DNA from: Protoeuglena noctilucae
Lineage: Eukaryota
Direction of reading: 5' to 3'
DNA: 64,000 nt
Assembly (NCBI GenBank): GCA_958009085.1
Contig: OY253672.1
Location: forward strand, 868,001 to 932,000
How positions within the stretch are numbered: the stretch's first letter is position 1; every line of letters starts with the position of its first letter. A program made the translations under genes and the position numbers. Below the pieces are notes generated by a model that saw only the letters and a list, made by a program, of their open reading frames with translations, had not been told where the DNA came from and ran no database searches. This document shows, in pieces, positions 1 to 13,700 of this stretch.

Positions 1-160
1 GCGCGGGCTGAGCCAGCGCGTGCCCCACTGTCGCCGCGTCTTATCACTCTGCTGGCCTTTTACAGAGGCCGTGACCACAGGAGCGCATCGTGGAGCCGGG
101 TGTTTCCCCTGCCCTTGCTCCCGCCCTGTACAGTATCGCAAGACCCCGTTCCCATCCTCG

Positions 161-1486
161 TTAGCTCTTTCCTCCCCGCCCGGCTGTCTCTTGTCGCCTC
201 CCTGGCGCCGGCAGTCGCTGCAGCTGTGAGTCGCCCCTTAGGTCGCCCGCAGCTCCCCATGCACTCATGCAAATCGCTTGCGCAGTTCTTTGGTCCCAGC
301 CACGGTCCCCGCGTCAGCCGCCGCCACTGTCATGCACGCCCAGACCTCGTGCTGCAGTTTGCGGAGATCCTTAGCCTTTGCCGCAAGCGTCGTCGAGACT
401 CATGCGCCAGTTCAATTGGGGACCTTCCCCCTAAGCTACGCCTGTCATTGAAGAGTCGCCCCACGTCACAGCTCTCCCGAAACCTCGTTGTCGCCTTCGC
501 CATCCTCCCCGGTCTCTGCTGCCTGCTCCCTTTCCTCCTCGGCTCGCCGGCGCTCCTCCTGCAGCACACGGGGCGCCGCACAACACGGCTTAGCAACCCT
601 GGTCGGCTCCCGCCCGCCGCGTGCCCCAGCGCAGTTGCGAGTGTCACCTCTTCCTCGCGCTCCTGGCGCTCCCTGTCAGCCACCGCCTTCCAGTCCATGT
701 CGGGCACCTCCTCGGCCGTGCAGAGGCCCGCCGCCTCGACGCAGAGCGCCTCCCGCACGGCAGCCTGGCTCGGGGGCTCCCCATTCACAGGCGTGAGCTT
801 GCCGTCCCGCACGGGCGCGTAGAAGGCCTCCTCGACGTCGTCGGTGAACTCGTAGCACCACTTGCGCAGCCGCGGGGACGTCGTGCCCACGTCTTGGGGC
901 GTGGAGCCGCCCGCGTCGCCCCACACGGACGACGCGACCCACTGCCGCCCCTCGGAGCCCTCCTTCCCAGATAGGTGGAAGAGGTGCATGCGGTTGCACA
1001 CGTGCGTGTACCGGTCGCTGCCGTGGATGAGGTCGTGCACGCGCATCTCGGATTCGTAGTACTGGGAGCGCAGGTGGGAGGGCGTGGGATGACGCTGGGC
1101 CGATGTGGGGGACAGCGGGCCAGCGGTGCGTGTCGTTTGTGACACTCACTGAAACGACTCGGCCCGTCCGGCTGCCGGTGCTGTCGATGCGCGATCGCAT
1201 GTCGACGGCGCCCCTCACGCCCTCGTCCTTAATCTTGACATGGATCTCGTCCTACAGCGCAGAGAGTGGATGCAGACTCATATCTGGGGCCATCCAGACA
1301 AGTTTCCCAGCGATGCGAGCTTGCGGTGGATGCATTTTCATTCCGTGACCTCCCACTCACCGCCACCGCCTTGCACGCGCTGCACTCGTGCTCGAGCTTG
1401 ACCGCCCACACGCCAGCGCCCGTCCCCCACGCCCAGCCGCAAAGAGCAAGCGCACAGAGGCGCACGATATCACGTGCTTTCATCAT
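161..1486 (-). CDS. Canopy/seele-like (saposin-like DUF3456) ER protein, multi-exon
   Basis: Signal peptide MMKARDIVRLCALALCGWAWG, then spliced CSACKAVA..EIHVKIKDEGVRGAVDMRSRIDSTGSRTGRVVS/YYESEMRVHDLI..VCNRM. This matches the plant seele/CNPY pattern C..C.AVA...DMR.RLDS.G.R.G.V..Y..SE.RV. 3' exons approximate. Confidence 0.75.
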
Positions 1487-1953
1487 ATACCCGCACTTGC
1501 GGTTGAAAGAGCGAACGCTCGGCACAGCGGCGAGTTGGGGCGTGCTTCTGGAACCACGCGGGTTGTGGCGGCCGAATCAAAGTCGTCGATCCTTCCTGCC
1601 GCCGATGCGGCCGCTGCGGAACGCAGGAAGCCGAATATAATGAATGGATGTGGATTAAGACGGCAATAGCGCGGGGGTAGCGAGGTTTCCTGCCCCATCA
1701 TGCATGTCTGTGAAACGGTGCAGCAGAAAGAGGATCGCACATGCAACAGCGGGCGTGAAATGCAGTTTGGAGAACGACCTGTGAACCGCAGAACTATTCG
1801 GAGAGTTGTGAGCCCTGCCGTGGAGAGCGAATCCACTGGGGCCCACACTGCGCCTCCTTTCCTGGCGAGCCCGATGCAAATCAGAGGACTTCGAATCATG
1901 GATGGGACTGCGAGCTGATCGCAGCGCGAGGGAGTCTCGGAAGAGGCATAGGG

Positions 1954-3794
1954 ATGAAGAGCCTGGCTCGCGCACAGCGTGTTTTGCGCGCAGCGTGTCT
2001 CCTGGTCCTGGCGGCTTGTGGGACCGCGTTGCTCAGGCCTGACTTGTTTCGAGGTGTTCCTCTTTTTGGTGAGCAGCGCGGGGACCTGCACGGTCGTTGC
2101 GCCTTTTGTGCTGGCATGGCAAAGACGCGGCCTTGGGCCCCTTTGCAGAGCACCTGCACCCCGCGATCACGGGGCAGATCGCGGACTTCGACCGATGGCC
2201 TCACCTGCAAAGCTCGTCGCGATGGGAAGGGCCGGACGCGGGTCCCCCGGGCGACACGTGGGCCGTCATCGTGCAGAGCTCCCGCTACTGGTTCAATTAC
2301 CGCCACGCGTCCAACGCGCTGATCGTCTACCGTGAGCTGAAAGCCAGGTGAATGCGGCTGCCCCCTCCGCGCACGCGTGTGTGTGTCTGAGGCCCGAGAT
2401 GGGGCCCGCCGTGCCCAACCCCGGGTTCCCTTTCGCGCAGGGGCGTGCCAGACTCGCACATCATCCTCATGATGAGCCACGACCACGCCTGCGATCCGCG
2501 GAACAGAGTCCCCTGCACGCTGTTCGAGCGCACCTTGGGCGACCCCGGCGCGCGCAACCTGTGGGAGGATGTCGAGGTCGATTTCTACGGCCCAGAGGTC
2601 TCGCCTGAGACCTTCCTGCACGTTATGCAGGGCCGAGGTGGCCCCGAGTGGCCTGCAGGTGCGGGTCTTGGCCAGGACGCCATGCATGGGGCGCTGTGGT
2701 GCTGTCGCCTGCGCTCCCACCCACCGCATCGCACGTGGTGTGGCTGCAGGCAAGGTGCTGGCGTCCGGGCCCCGCAGCAATGTGATCGTGTACTTGACCG
2801 GCCACTCGCACGCCGACATCATGAAGTTCCAGGCGAGGCTAGCAAAGGGCTGCCGGCCTCATAACGTGCTGCTGTGAGGCGCATGATGCCCTGCCCCTCA
2901 CGTTGTGTGTCCCAGGACAAGAGCGTCATCACGAGTTTAGACGTCGAAAGCATGGTTGAGACGATGGAGTTGCAGGTGGGAATGGCACGTGCCCATTCGT
3001 GGAAGGGCGCTGGTGGCACCTGCGCCCAAGCCCTGCCTGTCAACCGTAGCTGCGCTGCGAGCAATGACTGTCTATGAGACGCGCCCGCGCTTTGGAGGGA
3101 CTCTCTAATGTGGTAACCCAGGAGAAAGGGTGACGAATGGCCCTTGTTTGACCCTGTGGCCATTGTCACTCGCAGGGCCGCTACCGTGAGCTGCTGTTCG
3201 TGGTGGACACGTGCCAAGCATCGACCCTTTCGCGCCTCGTGGCGAGCCCCGGCTTCACGGACGTTTCCAGTTCGATCCGCGGCGAGAGCTCCTATTCTTT
3301 CGTCAACGGTGACGGCGCTGGGCACATGGCATGCTGCCGTGGGTCTCGGTGTGCCCTTGGGGTTATGAATATAAACCCTCCCGGGCCTGAGTCGGCAAAA
3401 CGGAACCGGCTCTTCCACCTGCATTGCGCAGACTACTTCCTCGGCCAAAGCGTGGTGGACCAGATGACCTACGTGCTGGGGAACGTGCTGCGGGCACCCG
3501 CGTTCATGGCGGGAGGTGGGGCGACGATGGCGGACCTGGTCAGGGCGCTGAAAGCCGAAGAGCGGCGCGTCATACACTCCACGGTGAGCGAGTGACGAAC
3601 GGGCAGTGCCGCGGGCTGGCCCATGGAATGAGGCTGGCACTCGGTGTCTGCGCCACCTTGTGCATTGCGACAAGGGCAGCATCGCACCCTCGCAGGTGAT
3701 CGTTCGGCAGACGACTGATGCCACGCGCCTGGACAGAGTCCCAGTGGACCACTTCTTTGGATGGCCGAGCAGCGCGGGGTACGTGGCAGCTTGA
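1954..3794 (+). CDS. GPI8: GPI-anchor transamidase catalytic subunit (peptidase C13), multi-exon
   Basis: Spliced motifs WAVIVQSSRYWFNYRHASN, GVPDSHIILM, ACDPRN, VYLTGHSHADIMKFQD, RYRELLFVVDTCQA, GESSYS and VDHFFG are characteristic of GPI8/PIG-K. Confidence 0.9.
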
Positions 3795-4121
3795 CCTCTG
3801 CTGACGGTGCTTGTGGCATTGCCGCCATGCGTCCCTGCTCCATGGGACGGCACCTTTGCCGCAAGGCGTGTGTCTGAGAAACGTAGCAGCCCTTGTCCGT
3901 TGATTCTCTCATCATCGTCACGTGTCCCTGCTTGTTCAAGCGCGCGAGCCGAGCACGCTGCTGGTCGGCTGCTACGACCTCGCGCACGGGTCAGCGTGTC
4001 TCGCAAAGCTGCGTACGCTCCCCGCGCGCCCGCGTATCGCTCAACGCATCCTCGCACTGTGCTGCCAGCCCTCGCCCCGCAAACCCCGCCTGCGCAAAGC
4101 GCCCAGCTCTGCTGCAACCGC

Positions 4122-7100
4122 TCACGACGTCCCTGAACTCCTGGCCCCGGAGCCGGCCGCAGACCCAGAGGTCGCCGATGCTGTGGATGGCTCCCTGCGT
4201 GGTGGCTCCACCGCCTTCCCACCGCCCTGCCCCCACGGCCTGGCCCCGTGCAGCAACCGGCCCACTGCAGCCGCCCGGCCCGCCACCTGCGCCCACGCCG
4301 CGCGAACTGCGGGCCGCGGAGGCGAGAGGGTCGTCAGTGCCAATGCACCCACGCCTCCTCTGTGCACTGGCGCAGAGACGTCAAGTGGCGTGGGTGAAAC
4401 GACATGTGACCCTCGCAAGCTTGCATGAGCCAGGCGCCTGCTGGTCACCCGCACTCGCCGCGCGGCCGCTGACGCCGTCCTCTGGGGCCGGCGGGACCTC
4501 GGGTGTGCCCTGGTCCGACCTCGCCCCTTCGGACGAGCTCGCCTGCGCTGTGCCAGACACCCACACACGGCCGGGCGCCTCGGGCGTCGGCAGCCCACCC
4601 AGCCGAGTCGTCGTCGTCGCGATGGACTTCTCCGAGACGACCTTTTGAGACTTCTGCAGGGGGAGACACCCAGATGACACTCAGGTGGTGCGCCATGCAG
4701 TGGCCTGGAGCAAGCATAGACGCTAGGGACTGATGCATGGATGTGTGCCCGTCGCTTCCCATGTCACCTTGATGCTCTGGATCTCTCCCGTGTCCGGCGT
4801 GGGTGCCTCCAAGGACGGCGTGCCTGACTCAGGGTCCGACTCGGGTACGCCCTTGGGGCGGCCCAGGCACCGGCAGCTGGCGTACCCGGATGCCTTGGCA
4901 CCCAGCAGACCGGCGGCGTCCGTCCAGCCGAGCCCGAAGGCGAGGAAGGCGGCGCCCTGGAGGGAGAGGAACACGCAAAAGAGCAGGGCACCCGCGACCA
5001 GGACGCCGTAGACGGCCGCACAGATGTTGAAGCACGCGAGGGTCAGCTCTCCGCTGTGGATCTTGGTAATGCCGAGGTTCCTGCGGAGATTCAGCACGAG
5101 AGCGGAGGGGCTTCCTGACTACGAGCAGCGAGGGGTGGTCTCATGGTGACATGCAAGACCGCCGAGCCGGTTGGGCTGCCGGCTGTGCTGGTTTCGATCA
5201 TACCTGGCCACAGCGCCCAGTGGTCCTGCGATGGCGTCCCTCCTCGGCATGGCCTTGGGCTTCTTGCCTCCCTTGGTCATGCCCGCGCCCATCTTCATCG
5301 TGACGACCCACTCCTTGGCCCTCTGCAGGCACAAACGACGGCGCTCTCGGGGTTTGAGCCGCACTTGTTGTCGCAGCCTTTGTTAGCACCAAATTGCCAG
5401 CGCACTGTACTCGCTCACCTTCATGTCGAAGATGCCCTGCACGACGGCCCAGATCTTGACGACACCCATGGCATTCTCAAAGAGCACGTAGAGGGCTCCG
5501 TAGACAAAGTGGAGCGGGAACTGCCACCAGGGGCGTGGCGTGAAGAAGGACGTGCACACGGTCACCGTGATGGGGACTTGCACGAGGACGAAGAGCGGGA
5601 TGGCGGCAATCGATTCTGGGGCGAACATGGCCAGGGGCACGAGTACGCAGAAGAAGCCCAGGGAGACGAGGTGGGTGAGGAACTTGCTGCGATGAGGACG
5701 AAGCCGGAGGGAAGCGAGTGGCTCAGGCGATGGGAGTGAGGGGACGAGAGCGGCAGCGCTGCAGCGAGACCAGGGCACGTGACAGGCTGCCCCGGGCGCC
5801 CCGCCCCCGGTCTCACCGGAGGCCAAAGTAGATCAGGCAAAGGTAGAGTTTCTTGAGAGGTCCGATCTTGCGCGACGCCCAGATCTGCCCGAAGGACTGG
5901 ATGGTCAGCTGCACGGGTCCGCACGTCCACCGGTGCTGCTGCTTCCGGTAGGCCTCGAGGTTGCTGGGCAGCTCGTTGAGCACCTCGACCTGCGCACGTG
6001 GATGGACAAGGTATGAGGCCGTGCGCGCGCAGGCAGCCAGTCGCGCGGATGTGACCTGACACGCCACGACAGGCGCCAGCGTCACCTGGTCGAGAAACAG
6101 CATCTTCCAGCCCTTGAGAAAGGCCCGGAGGGAGAGGTCCATGTCCTCCACTGTCGTCTTGCCGCTCCAGCCCCCCGCGTCGTAGATGCACGCCCTCCGC
6201 CAGATGCCAGCCGTGCCGTTGAAGTTGAAGAAGGAACGGCAGCTGCTGTGCACCCACTGCTCTCCCTGCCGGTAGAAGCGAGCCGAGGAGGCTTAGCAGT
6301 GGGGCGCGCACAGGCAGGGGGCGCCGCGGACGAAAGCGGGGCGCGCGTCGCGACGCCTCCGCCACCGCCTCTCACCTTCATGTGGTAGTTGGGGCTGATC
6401 TCTTGCGTGCGGGTGAGCAGGGTCTCCGTCGGGTTGGTGAAGGTCCAGCGCGCCTGGACGTACCCCAGCTCGTCGTTCGCCATCAGGTACGGAACGAGCT
6501 TGTGCAGGAAGAGAGGGTCGGGCTTGAAGTCGGCGTCGAAGACCGCGACGAAGCTGCTGCGACGGGAGCAGACCGGCAAGGGACGCGGTTCTGCATGGGC
6601 CGCCCATGGTCACCCATGCTCACTCATGCTGACCCGGCGCCACCGCGCATCGACGGTCCATGATGTGGCACCTCATGAGCCACGATGCTGACACGCCGGT
6701 TACGTCGCATCGAGCCTCACCAGTGCTCCAGCTCGTCCAGTGCCTCCTTGAGCGCCCCTGCCTTGTACCCCTGCCGGTTCTCCCTCCTCCGCACCGTGAT
6801 GTTGACCCCGTGGTTGAGGCGCCAGTAGGCCACGCGCTCGTCCACGCGCTCCCGAGCCTCCGTGTCAGTCGAGTCGTCCAAAACCTGCAGACCAGGCTCA
6901 GGATAAGGTCGTCAGGTGGGGTTGGCGCCAGGCCGCAGCAGCGCATTGGCTCAGCATATACACAGACCAGCGACACGGCGTCAGAAGAGGAAGAGGAAGG
7001 ATTGCACGGTCGTCGGTTCACGCACCCCCACCCACGCCGCGCTCACTTGGATCCATAGGCGGTCGCGGGGCCACTCCATCCGGGAGCAGCAGTCGATGAC

Positions 7101-7623
7101 CTGCTGGCACACCCAGGTCTCATTGAACATGGGGAGCTGGATGGCCACATCGGGGTAGTGGTAGGGGAAGAGGTCCTGGTTGGGCAGCACGGCGAACGTG
7201 TACCGGTCCTCCGGGTTGCGCTGCGGCACAAACGCGAGGGTGCGGTCGGCGCACCTGCGGCAAGGCGCCTGCACGGCCATCGACCGCGCGCCGCCTCGCC
7301 TTCAGCACGAACGCCGCTGCCTTGAAGTAGACGTACTGGCACATGTGTACGAGCTTGTCGAGAGCGACGAGGAAGGCCAGGGCTGAGACTGCGGCACACG
7401 GCAGATGCGAGCGCGTGGGTCGCCGCGGGACGGGGCCGCGCGGCTGGTGTGGTGAGAGATGAAGGTTTGGCTGCTGGTATGGATACGTGGACAGCAACGG
7501 GCGTCCCCCGCGGCGTTCCCTCCGCGCCCCGCGCGCGGCCGCAGGCGCGGACGACTCACAGGCCCACAGGACCCCCCGGAGGACGACCAGGAAGCCCCCG
7601 TAGACGGTGCCATCGGCGAACAT
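4122..7623 (-). CDS. Cellulose synthase-like (CslA/CslC-related) GT2 glycan synthase, multi-exon
   Basis: Motifs IQLPMFNE, QVLDDSTD, GYKAGAL, FDADF, FNGTAGIWR, TTVEDMDL, QQHRW, YVLFEN and EWVVT.K, with TM segments. 3' end approximate. Confidence 0.9.
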
Positions 7624-8417
7624 GGTAGATGAGGCGTGGGGATTCCCTCCCGTGCGGGTCTCGCACCCCTGGACCCCGGGGGAGTGCTGGGACCTGCGGG
7701 TTGCGGCCGATTCTGCGCCGACACTCGACCGCCCGTCAAAAGACGGCCGTGCCAGAGTGAATTTGTGCATTATAGCTTGATGAGACCCCTCTCCCGCCTC
7801 GTCACCCGTTCCCCGGTCGGCGGCTCGGCCTTGAGCTTGGCCTGATTCCCGAACCCGAGGGTCCCTCCCCCGACGATGGCGCGCGTCGAGCTTACTCCCT
7901 CCGTTCCCAGTAAGAGCTCGAAAATCGACTCAAACGGGTTTCGCCCTCGGCAGAGGCCTGCTTGCGCGACGCAGCTGCCTGGCAGGTCGAATCGTTCCGA
8001 GGCCCGGGCGAGCAACCACGCTGAGGAACACGAGAGGAAATGAGCCCAATGCGACACGCGATCGCCTCTCGTCCGGCGGGCACGCTTCAGCGCCGCCATA
8101 CGCCGCAAGTCGGGCCGCTGTGCCGCTGGGCGCCCGCCACGACATGCATGTCGCCCGAGCATCCGTCGCCGCCGGGCCAGGTCCATTTCATCCTTTTCCA
8201 TCGTGCATTATCGCGCCCACGGCACCGCCGGAATGGCTTTCCCGGACCCGGGTGCCAACCCTCGCAGGCAGCTGTCAGATGACTCGCGCTGGGATGAGCT
8301 GACTGCGTTGAAGCACCCGTCGAATCATCAGCCGCTCGGTTTCCGCCAGCCGCGTGGGTCGGGTTCCGCAGAGGTGCAGCACGCGTGCTCGCAGAGTGCT
8401 CGCAGAAGCGACCCGTC

Positions 8418-10318
8418 ATGCGGCCGCCCCTGGAGCTCGTGCCGACCTCGGTTGGGTGTTCCTCGTGTCAGGCTCAGCTTGCGTTAGGCAGGAGGCCGCT
8501 TCCAGGGCAACGTCTGGCAGGAGTCGTCGCGCCCCCCTTTCCCTCCCTGCGCCAAGCGCCGCGATGCCGGGCGCTGCCCAAACAGGCTGATAAGACTGCA
8601 GTCGCACCGAAGGCAGCTGGTGGTAAGTTGGCCGCCGGGTCGCGTCCGCTGACGGCGCGGCTGGGCTAACACTCGGTCAATGCGTGGCAATTTCCGCCTT
8701 CCCGCCGCTTTCTCAGGGTCCCCGAAGGACTTACAACTTCCAGAAGATAAATGGGGTTTTTTGGACCGGTCGAGGTACGAGGAGCCCTTCCCCGTGACGT
8801 GGGTGAGCTTTGGGCGTGCTCACAACGAGAAAGCGGTGCCGTTTGCCGCGGGGAGAGGACGGTGCTCGCTGACGAAACGTAGATAGTCAAGAACGCTCAC
8901 AAAGAAGTGATCGCGACCTTTGCAGGACGCAAAGACCACTGCGCTCGGGATGGGGGCATGGATTGCGTCGTTCTCGGCGCTGGGACTGGCCGTCGTCCCC
9001 CAGGCCGGGGCGCTGCTGGGCATGAAGCCGTTTGGGGAGATGAACTCGATGGACAAGGCTTTCTACGGTGCGTAAGCCCGGACTGGGGCGAGCGAGCGGC
9101 GCAACATGCGTTCGCATCCCGAATGCCTGCCAACTCGGCATTGGTTCGCAGCGCTGGGGAACCAGGGAGTGGAGACGATCGTCGGCATCCTGCTCATCAA
9201 CTGGATTGTGAGGGGACACGTGACGGGGAAGGGCAGCGAGCTCCTTAACCTGAGGTGACGGCATGGCTGCTTCGTTTCGCCGGTCGCAAGCTTCACGCTC
9301 TTCCCAAGCGGGGCCGTGCGTATCAGTCGTCGCGTTCTCAGCACTCGCGGCGCATCAGCCGCTGCTGGCCACCGAGTGCAGTCTGCACCACTGGTGGACG
9401 GTGCTTCAGTGGATGACGTTGCACCTTCCTCCGCCCCCAATCGCGCGATGCTGGTCCCTCCGCAGCCTGGACGCTCCCTTCCAGAAGCCCCGGGGGTGGC
9501 TGGCGTGGGCCCTGTTCGGCCTCAGCCTGGCCCCGTTCGCGGTGCTGACGGCGGCCCTCCTGTCCTCCGCGACGCACTGGGACGACGTCGGCGGCCGGGG
9601 GACTGTGGACGCCGTGGCGGGCATCGTGCAGCTCGACCTGCCCACCTACGCGAGCCTCTTCACCGTCACCGCCATTCTGGCGCCCGCCCTCGAGGAGTAC
9701 GTGTTCCGAGGCTTCCTGCTCGCCAGCCTGACGCGCTTCATGCCCACGTGGGCCGCAGTCATCGCCTCCTCCGCCGCCTTCGGGCTCTGCCACCTCTCCC
9801 CGAGGGACCTGCCCCAGCTGGTGCGTGTGCGTGTGCGTGGTGCCAACCGTACTTGCCGCGCTCTCTTGCCAAGTCACAAGGGGGCTGTGGGCTTCCGTTT
9901 GGACTCAGCTTGCGCTCCGATGTTGTGACTCTGCTGTATCTGTTTTCTCTGTTGCTATGTGGCTTTTATGCGCTGTCTGTATGGCAGTGCAGGGCGCATG
10001 CCAATGCAGTCTACCCCGCCCCATCTTGCATGGACACCCCGCCTGTCATGCGCAGACGTCCCTGGGCATCGTCCTCGGCCTCACGTACATCCGGTCTCGC
10101 AACCTGCTGACCCCTATGCTCATCCACGGTGCATGGTGAGGGAGCGAATGGCCTGGTTGCGTCATGTCACAGCGCTCGCCGTGGCAAGCCAGGCAAAGCA
10201 AGCCCAGCGCATCACCATTTCCTCCCTCGTACCACCCAGGAATGGGACAGTCCTCACGCTGCTCTTTGCGCTCGTCGACAGTGGCGAGGACCTCAGCAGC
10301 CTGCTCTCCCAACGGTAG
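8418..10318 (+). CDS. CPBP/Abi (CAAX protease-like) intramembrane metalloprotease, probably plastid-targeted
   Basis: APALEEYVFRGFLL, FGLCH and PMLIHGAWN (EExxxR, FxxxH, HxxxN motifs). N-terminus looks like a transit peptide. Confidence 0.85.
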
Positions 10319-10735
10319 GTAACAATGCTGGACACTCACCAGGACCCAGGACAGCGAAGCCGACTCCAGGCAGTGTGGAGAGTCGAGAATACAGCCGTCA
10401 ACGCGGTGGAGAGTTGATTGGAAAGATGGATAGCCCTTGCGCCTTGACGATTGAAGGGGGATCCCCTTGATTTGATGGAAGGATAGGACACGTGGTGTTT
10501 TCAAGCCGGCGCTGGCGGATGCAAGCAGTGCGGCGCCGTATGGAGCTGTACTAGAAGTCGCAATCATGGTGTGGGCAAAGGGAGCACGGCAAGGGTCACG
10601 CTGTGGCGGGAAAGGTCAGCAAGGCCATGGACATCACATCGGATCCACCCGCGACCCCAGCGCGTCTCCTGCACAGATGCTAACAGGTGACGACCCCTGG
10701 GTCGCTCCATCCGGGTCCTCGGGCCCAAACGGCCC

Positions 10736-13700
10736 TCACCGCATGCCAGCAAGCGGCGGCCGCCCCGCTGCCAGAGCGGCCCTGGCTCCCTCGGGGCCGT
10801 CCGAGCTGCCCTGCTTGGACACGGCCCTCTTGGCCATCGACTCCCGCATGCTGCCCAGGTGCGCGTTGCCCCCGCTCTCCCCCAGGATCCTCTGCCCCGC
10901 CGCTCTGCGGGCGTTGCGGGAAGAGCAAGGTGTGCTAGCAGAAGCGCTTTGTTACAAACGTGCTGCATCGAGATGCATAACCGTTTTGGTTGGCATTGGT
11001 ATCCAGCTCACCACAGCCGGGGGGAGAACAGAGCTGAGGAAGCACTGCAATGCCAGCCCTCACAGCCATCTACCCCTGCCCCGCATCGCGCCCTCACCCT
11101 TCCGACAGCGCCGCGGGCGCGCGGCTCGCGTCGCCACCCTCCGATGCCTCGCGACCCTGGCCTCCCCCGGACTTGACCGGGTGCGCGAGCGTGGTGTGGA
11201 TGGACGCGAACTTGCGCTGCAGCCGCTCCACCTGGGCCAGCTCTGCCTGGGTCGACTTCTCCTTGCCCTCCAGGTTGGCCCTGGGGTTACAGCAAACACA
11301 GGGGAGGTCTCGTCGCCAGCCACGACACCGCACGCACCCATGGGTGTGCACAACTGGCACGCGTGCGCGCCGCGCATCAGCCAGCAACGGACGACTCATC
11401 ATGGCGGCTCAGGCCCCATCCCGTCTCGGGGAGGTGCCTCGGGTCTCTCTGCCTCAGCCCCCACGCTGCAATGCCCCATCAGCCGCGTGCTCGCCTGACC
11501 GCCGCCACATCGAACACCGAGTCGAGGTCCTCCTCATACGCCGACTCCAGCTCCTCGCGCAGCTTGGACGGGAAGGCGTCCACGACGGGCATGAGAAAGA
11601 AGCAGTTGAACTTGAGCTCCGTGGTCGTCACGATGTGGTCGCGGATGCCCTCGAAGATCTGGCACACCAGCGCCGCCACCACCTCCTCCGACAACGCGCC
11701 TGTGCCGGAACGACAGTTGCTCGTGCTACAGAACATGCGATGTGTAAATCAGCAATAGTCGGTTAGACGTAACAGCGAGTGCTTGTGCCCGTGCGCAGCA
11801 GCCTGGACCGCTGCGCGCCGCCCACGCTCACCGAGCTTGCGCGACCAGAGGGTGTTCTCCAGCACGTCCATCATGGTCATCCCGGAGCTCCCCGTGCTGA
11901 CGGAAGACGACGAGCCCTTGGCCCCCTCCTCCTTCTTCTTGTCGCCCGTCCCCGCCACGCGCCCCAGCATGGCCTTGAGGCCCGCCCGCGACTGCGTGGC
12001 ACAAAGCACGACGCCTGTCATGGAGCGACCCCTCGCCGCAGCGGGTGCCGGGCTCCGGAGCAGCAGATATCGAATGGGTATGGGACCATTTTGGTGTGCA
12101 GGGAGCCCTGCCGACACCGCGCCGCCCCTCGCCTTGGTGTGAAGCGACCACGTGACATAGCGCGTCACGGACGTGAGGTCCTCGAGGCACTTGGCGCGCA
12201 CGTCTCCCTCGATCTCGTCGATGAAAGCGTGGTACGAGGCGCCGACGCGCTTGAGGAAGAGGTCGTGGCCGGCGAGGAAGGCGTTGTCCTTCTGCATCAA
12301 GTGCATGGCGATGGGGAGCATGCGGCGGAGCACGTGCGCCAGCCTGCGGTGCGAAGCAGACGGAGGAATCATCGTGGTCATGTCTTTGACTCACAGCATG
12401 CGGGACGAAGCTGCGAGATGCATTCCGCTGGCAGGTGCTGGTACGGCAAGTCATGCCGCCACAGCCGCATTGCTGCCAGCGTCGACGCGCGGCGCTCACC
12501 TGTACCCCAGCTGGTGCAGGAAGGGCTCGAACGCCTCGCGGGCCTTGGTGACCGCGATGACGCACGCGGTGCGCGTGTAGTTGACGCCGTCGTGGATGTC
12601 GTCGACACCGCACGCATTTACAATCTCCTCCCGGGAGATGTCCGGGCACGTCATGCCGCCCACCGCCATGCGGAACTGCGCAGGCGCGAACAGCGGCACG
12701 CGACTGAGGCTTCTACCACCCTCGAAGCGCCCAGCGTCCCCTGGGACCCTGTGCCCCCAGTGCCGCTCACCTCCGCCATGGCCCGGTGGTACTGCGCCCC
12801 GCCGAAGAGGCGCATGTGGGCGTTGGGAAGCCCCTCCGCGACCACGAGGGGCTTGCCGTTGGGCCCCACGAACGTGCCGCCGCGCACGTGCTCGTCCGCC
12901 AGGGTCTCCCCGAACCTCTCGGGAGGCGCTGACACCGTCCCCTTGATGAGCAGCTGCAGCTTGTCCAGGAAGGCCTCCCGGAACTTTCGGCCCTTCTCCC
13001 GCAGCCGGTCGGGGTGCAGGTTGGACAGCTCGTCCCGCACCGCCGTCAGCCGCGCCGACGCATTGCGGTGCTCCTTCTCCAGCACCGGCACGATCGTCGG
13101 GACGTTCTCCAGGTACCTGCGTGGCAACGCGGACGCGCTTTGAGCGAACCCAGAGTGCGATGGGTCAAGGCTGCGTTCCCATGCCCCAGGGGCTGTGCCA
13201 CACACGCAGAGCGAGAGTCGCCCTGACGCACACGGACCGGCCCCAGGTGAGGCCCCACCTCCGCTGAAAGGGGAATTCGCTCCCCATTACAATATCGCAA
13301 GAGCTCACCTCCGCTGCAGCAGGTGTTCGAGGAACCTCCGGAGCTGCGACACGCCGATGCGGCGGCGCTCGTGGGGCTCGAGGTGGCGCCCCAGCCGCCG
13401 CTCGACCTCGGCGACGTCCTGCTCCTCCCGGTCGAGCACGCTGGTGCGAAACTGGTCGTTGGACCGGAAGACGGCGTCGCGGGAGTTGCCCACGCGGCCC
13501 GAGGGCACCGAGGTGAAGAACGGGGCGCCGCCCAGCATCCGGCCCTCGAGGACATGCTTCGTGGGGTTGATGTAGGTCTCCACGTCCGACCCGCGGGCGA
13601 ACTGCGGGATCCGGGTGTCGAACTTGGTCGACACGATGACGGTGCGGTCCAGGTTGGGGTCCACTTGCATCACCAGCTTGCGGGTCGTGGCGTTGGTCCA

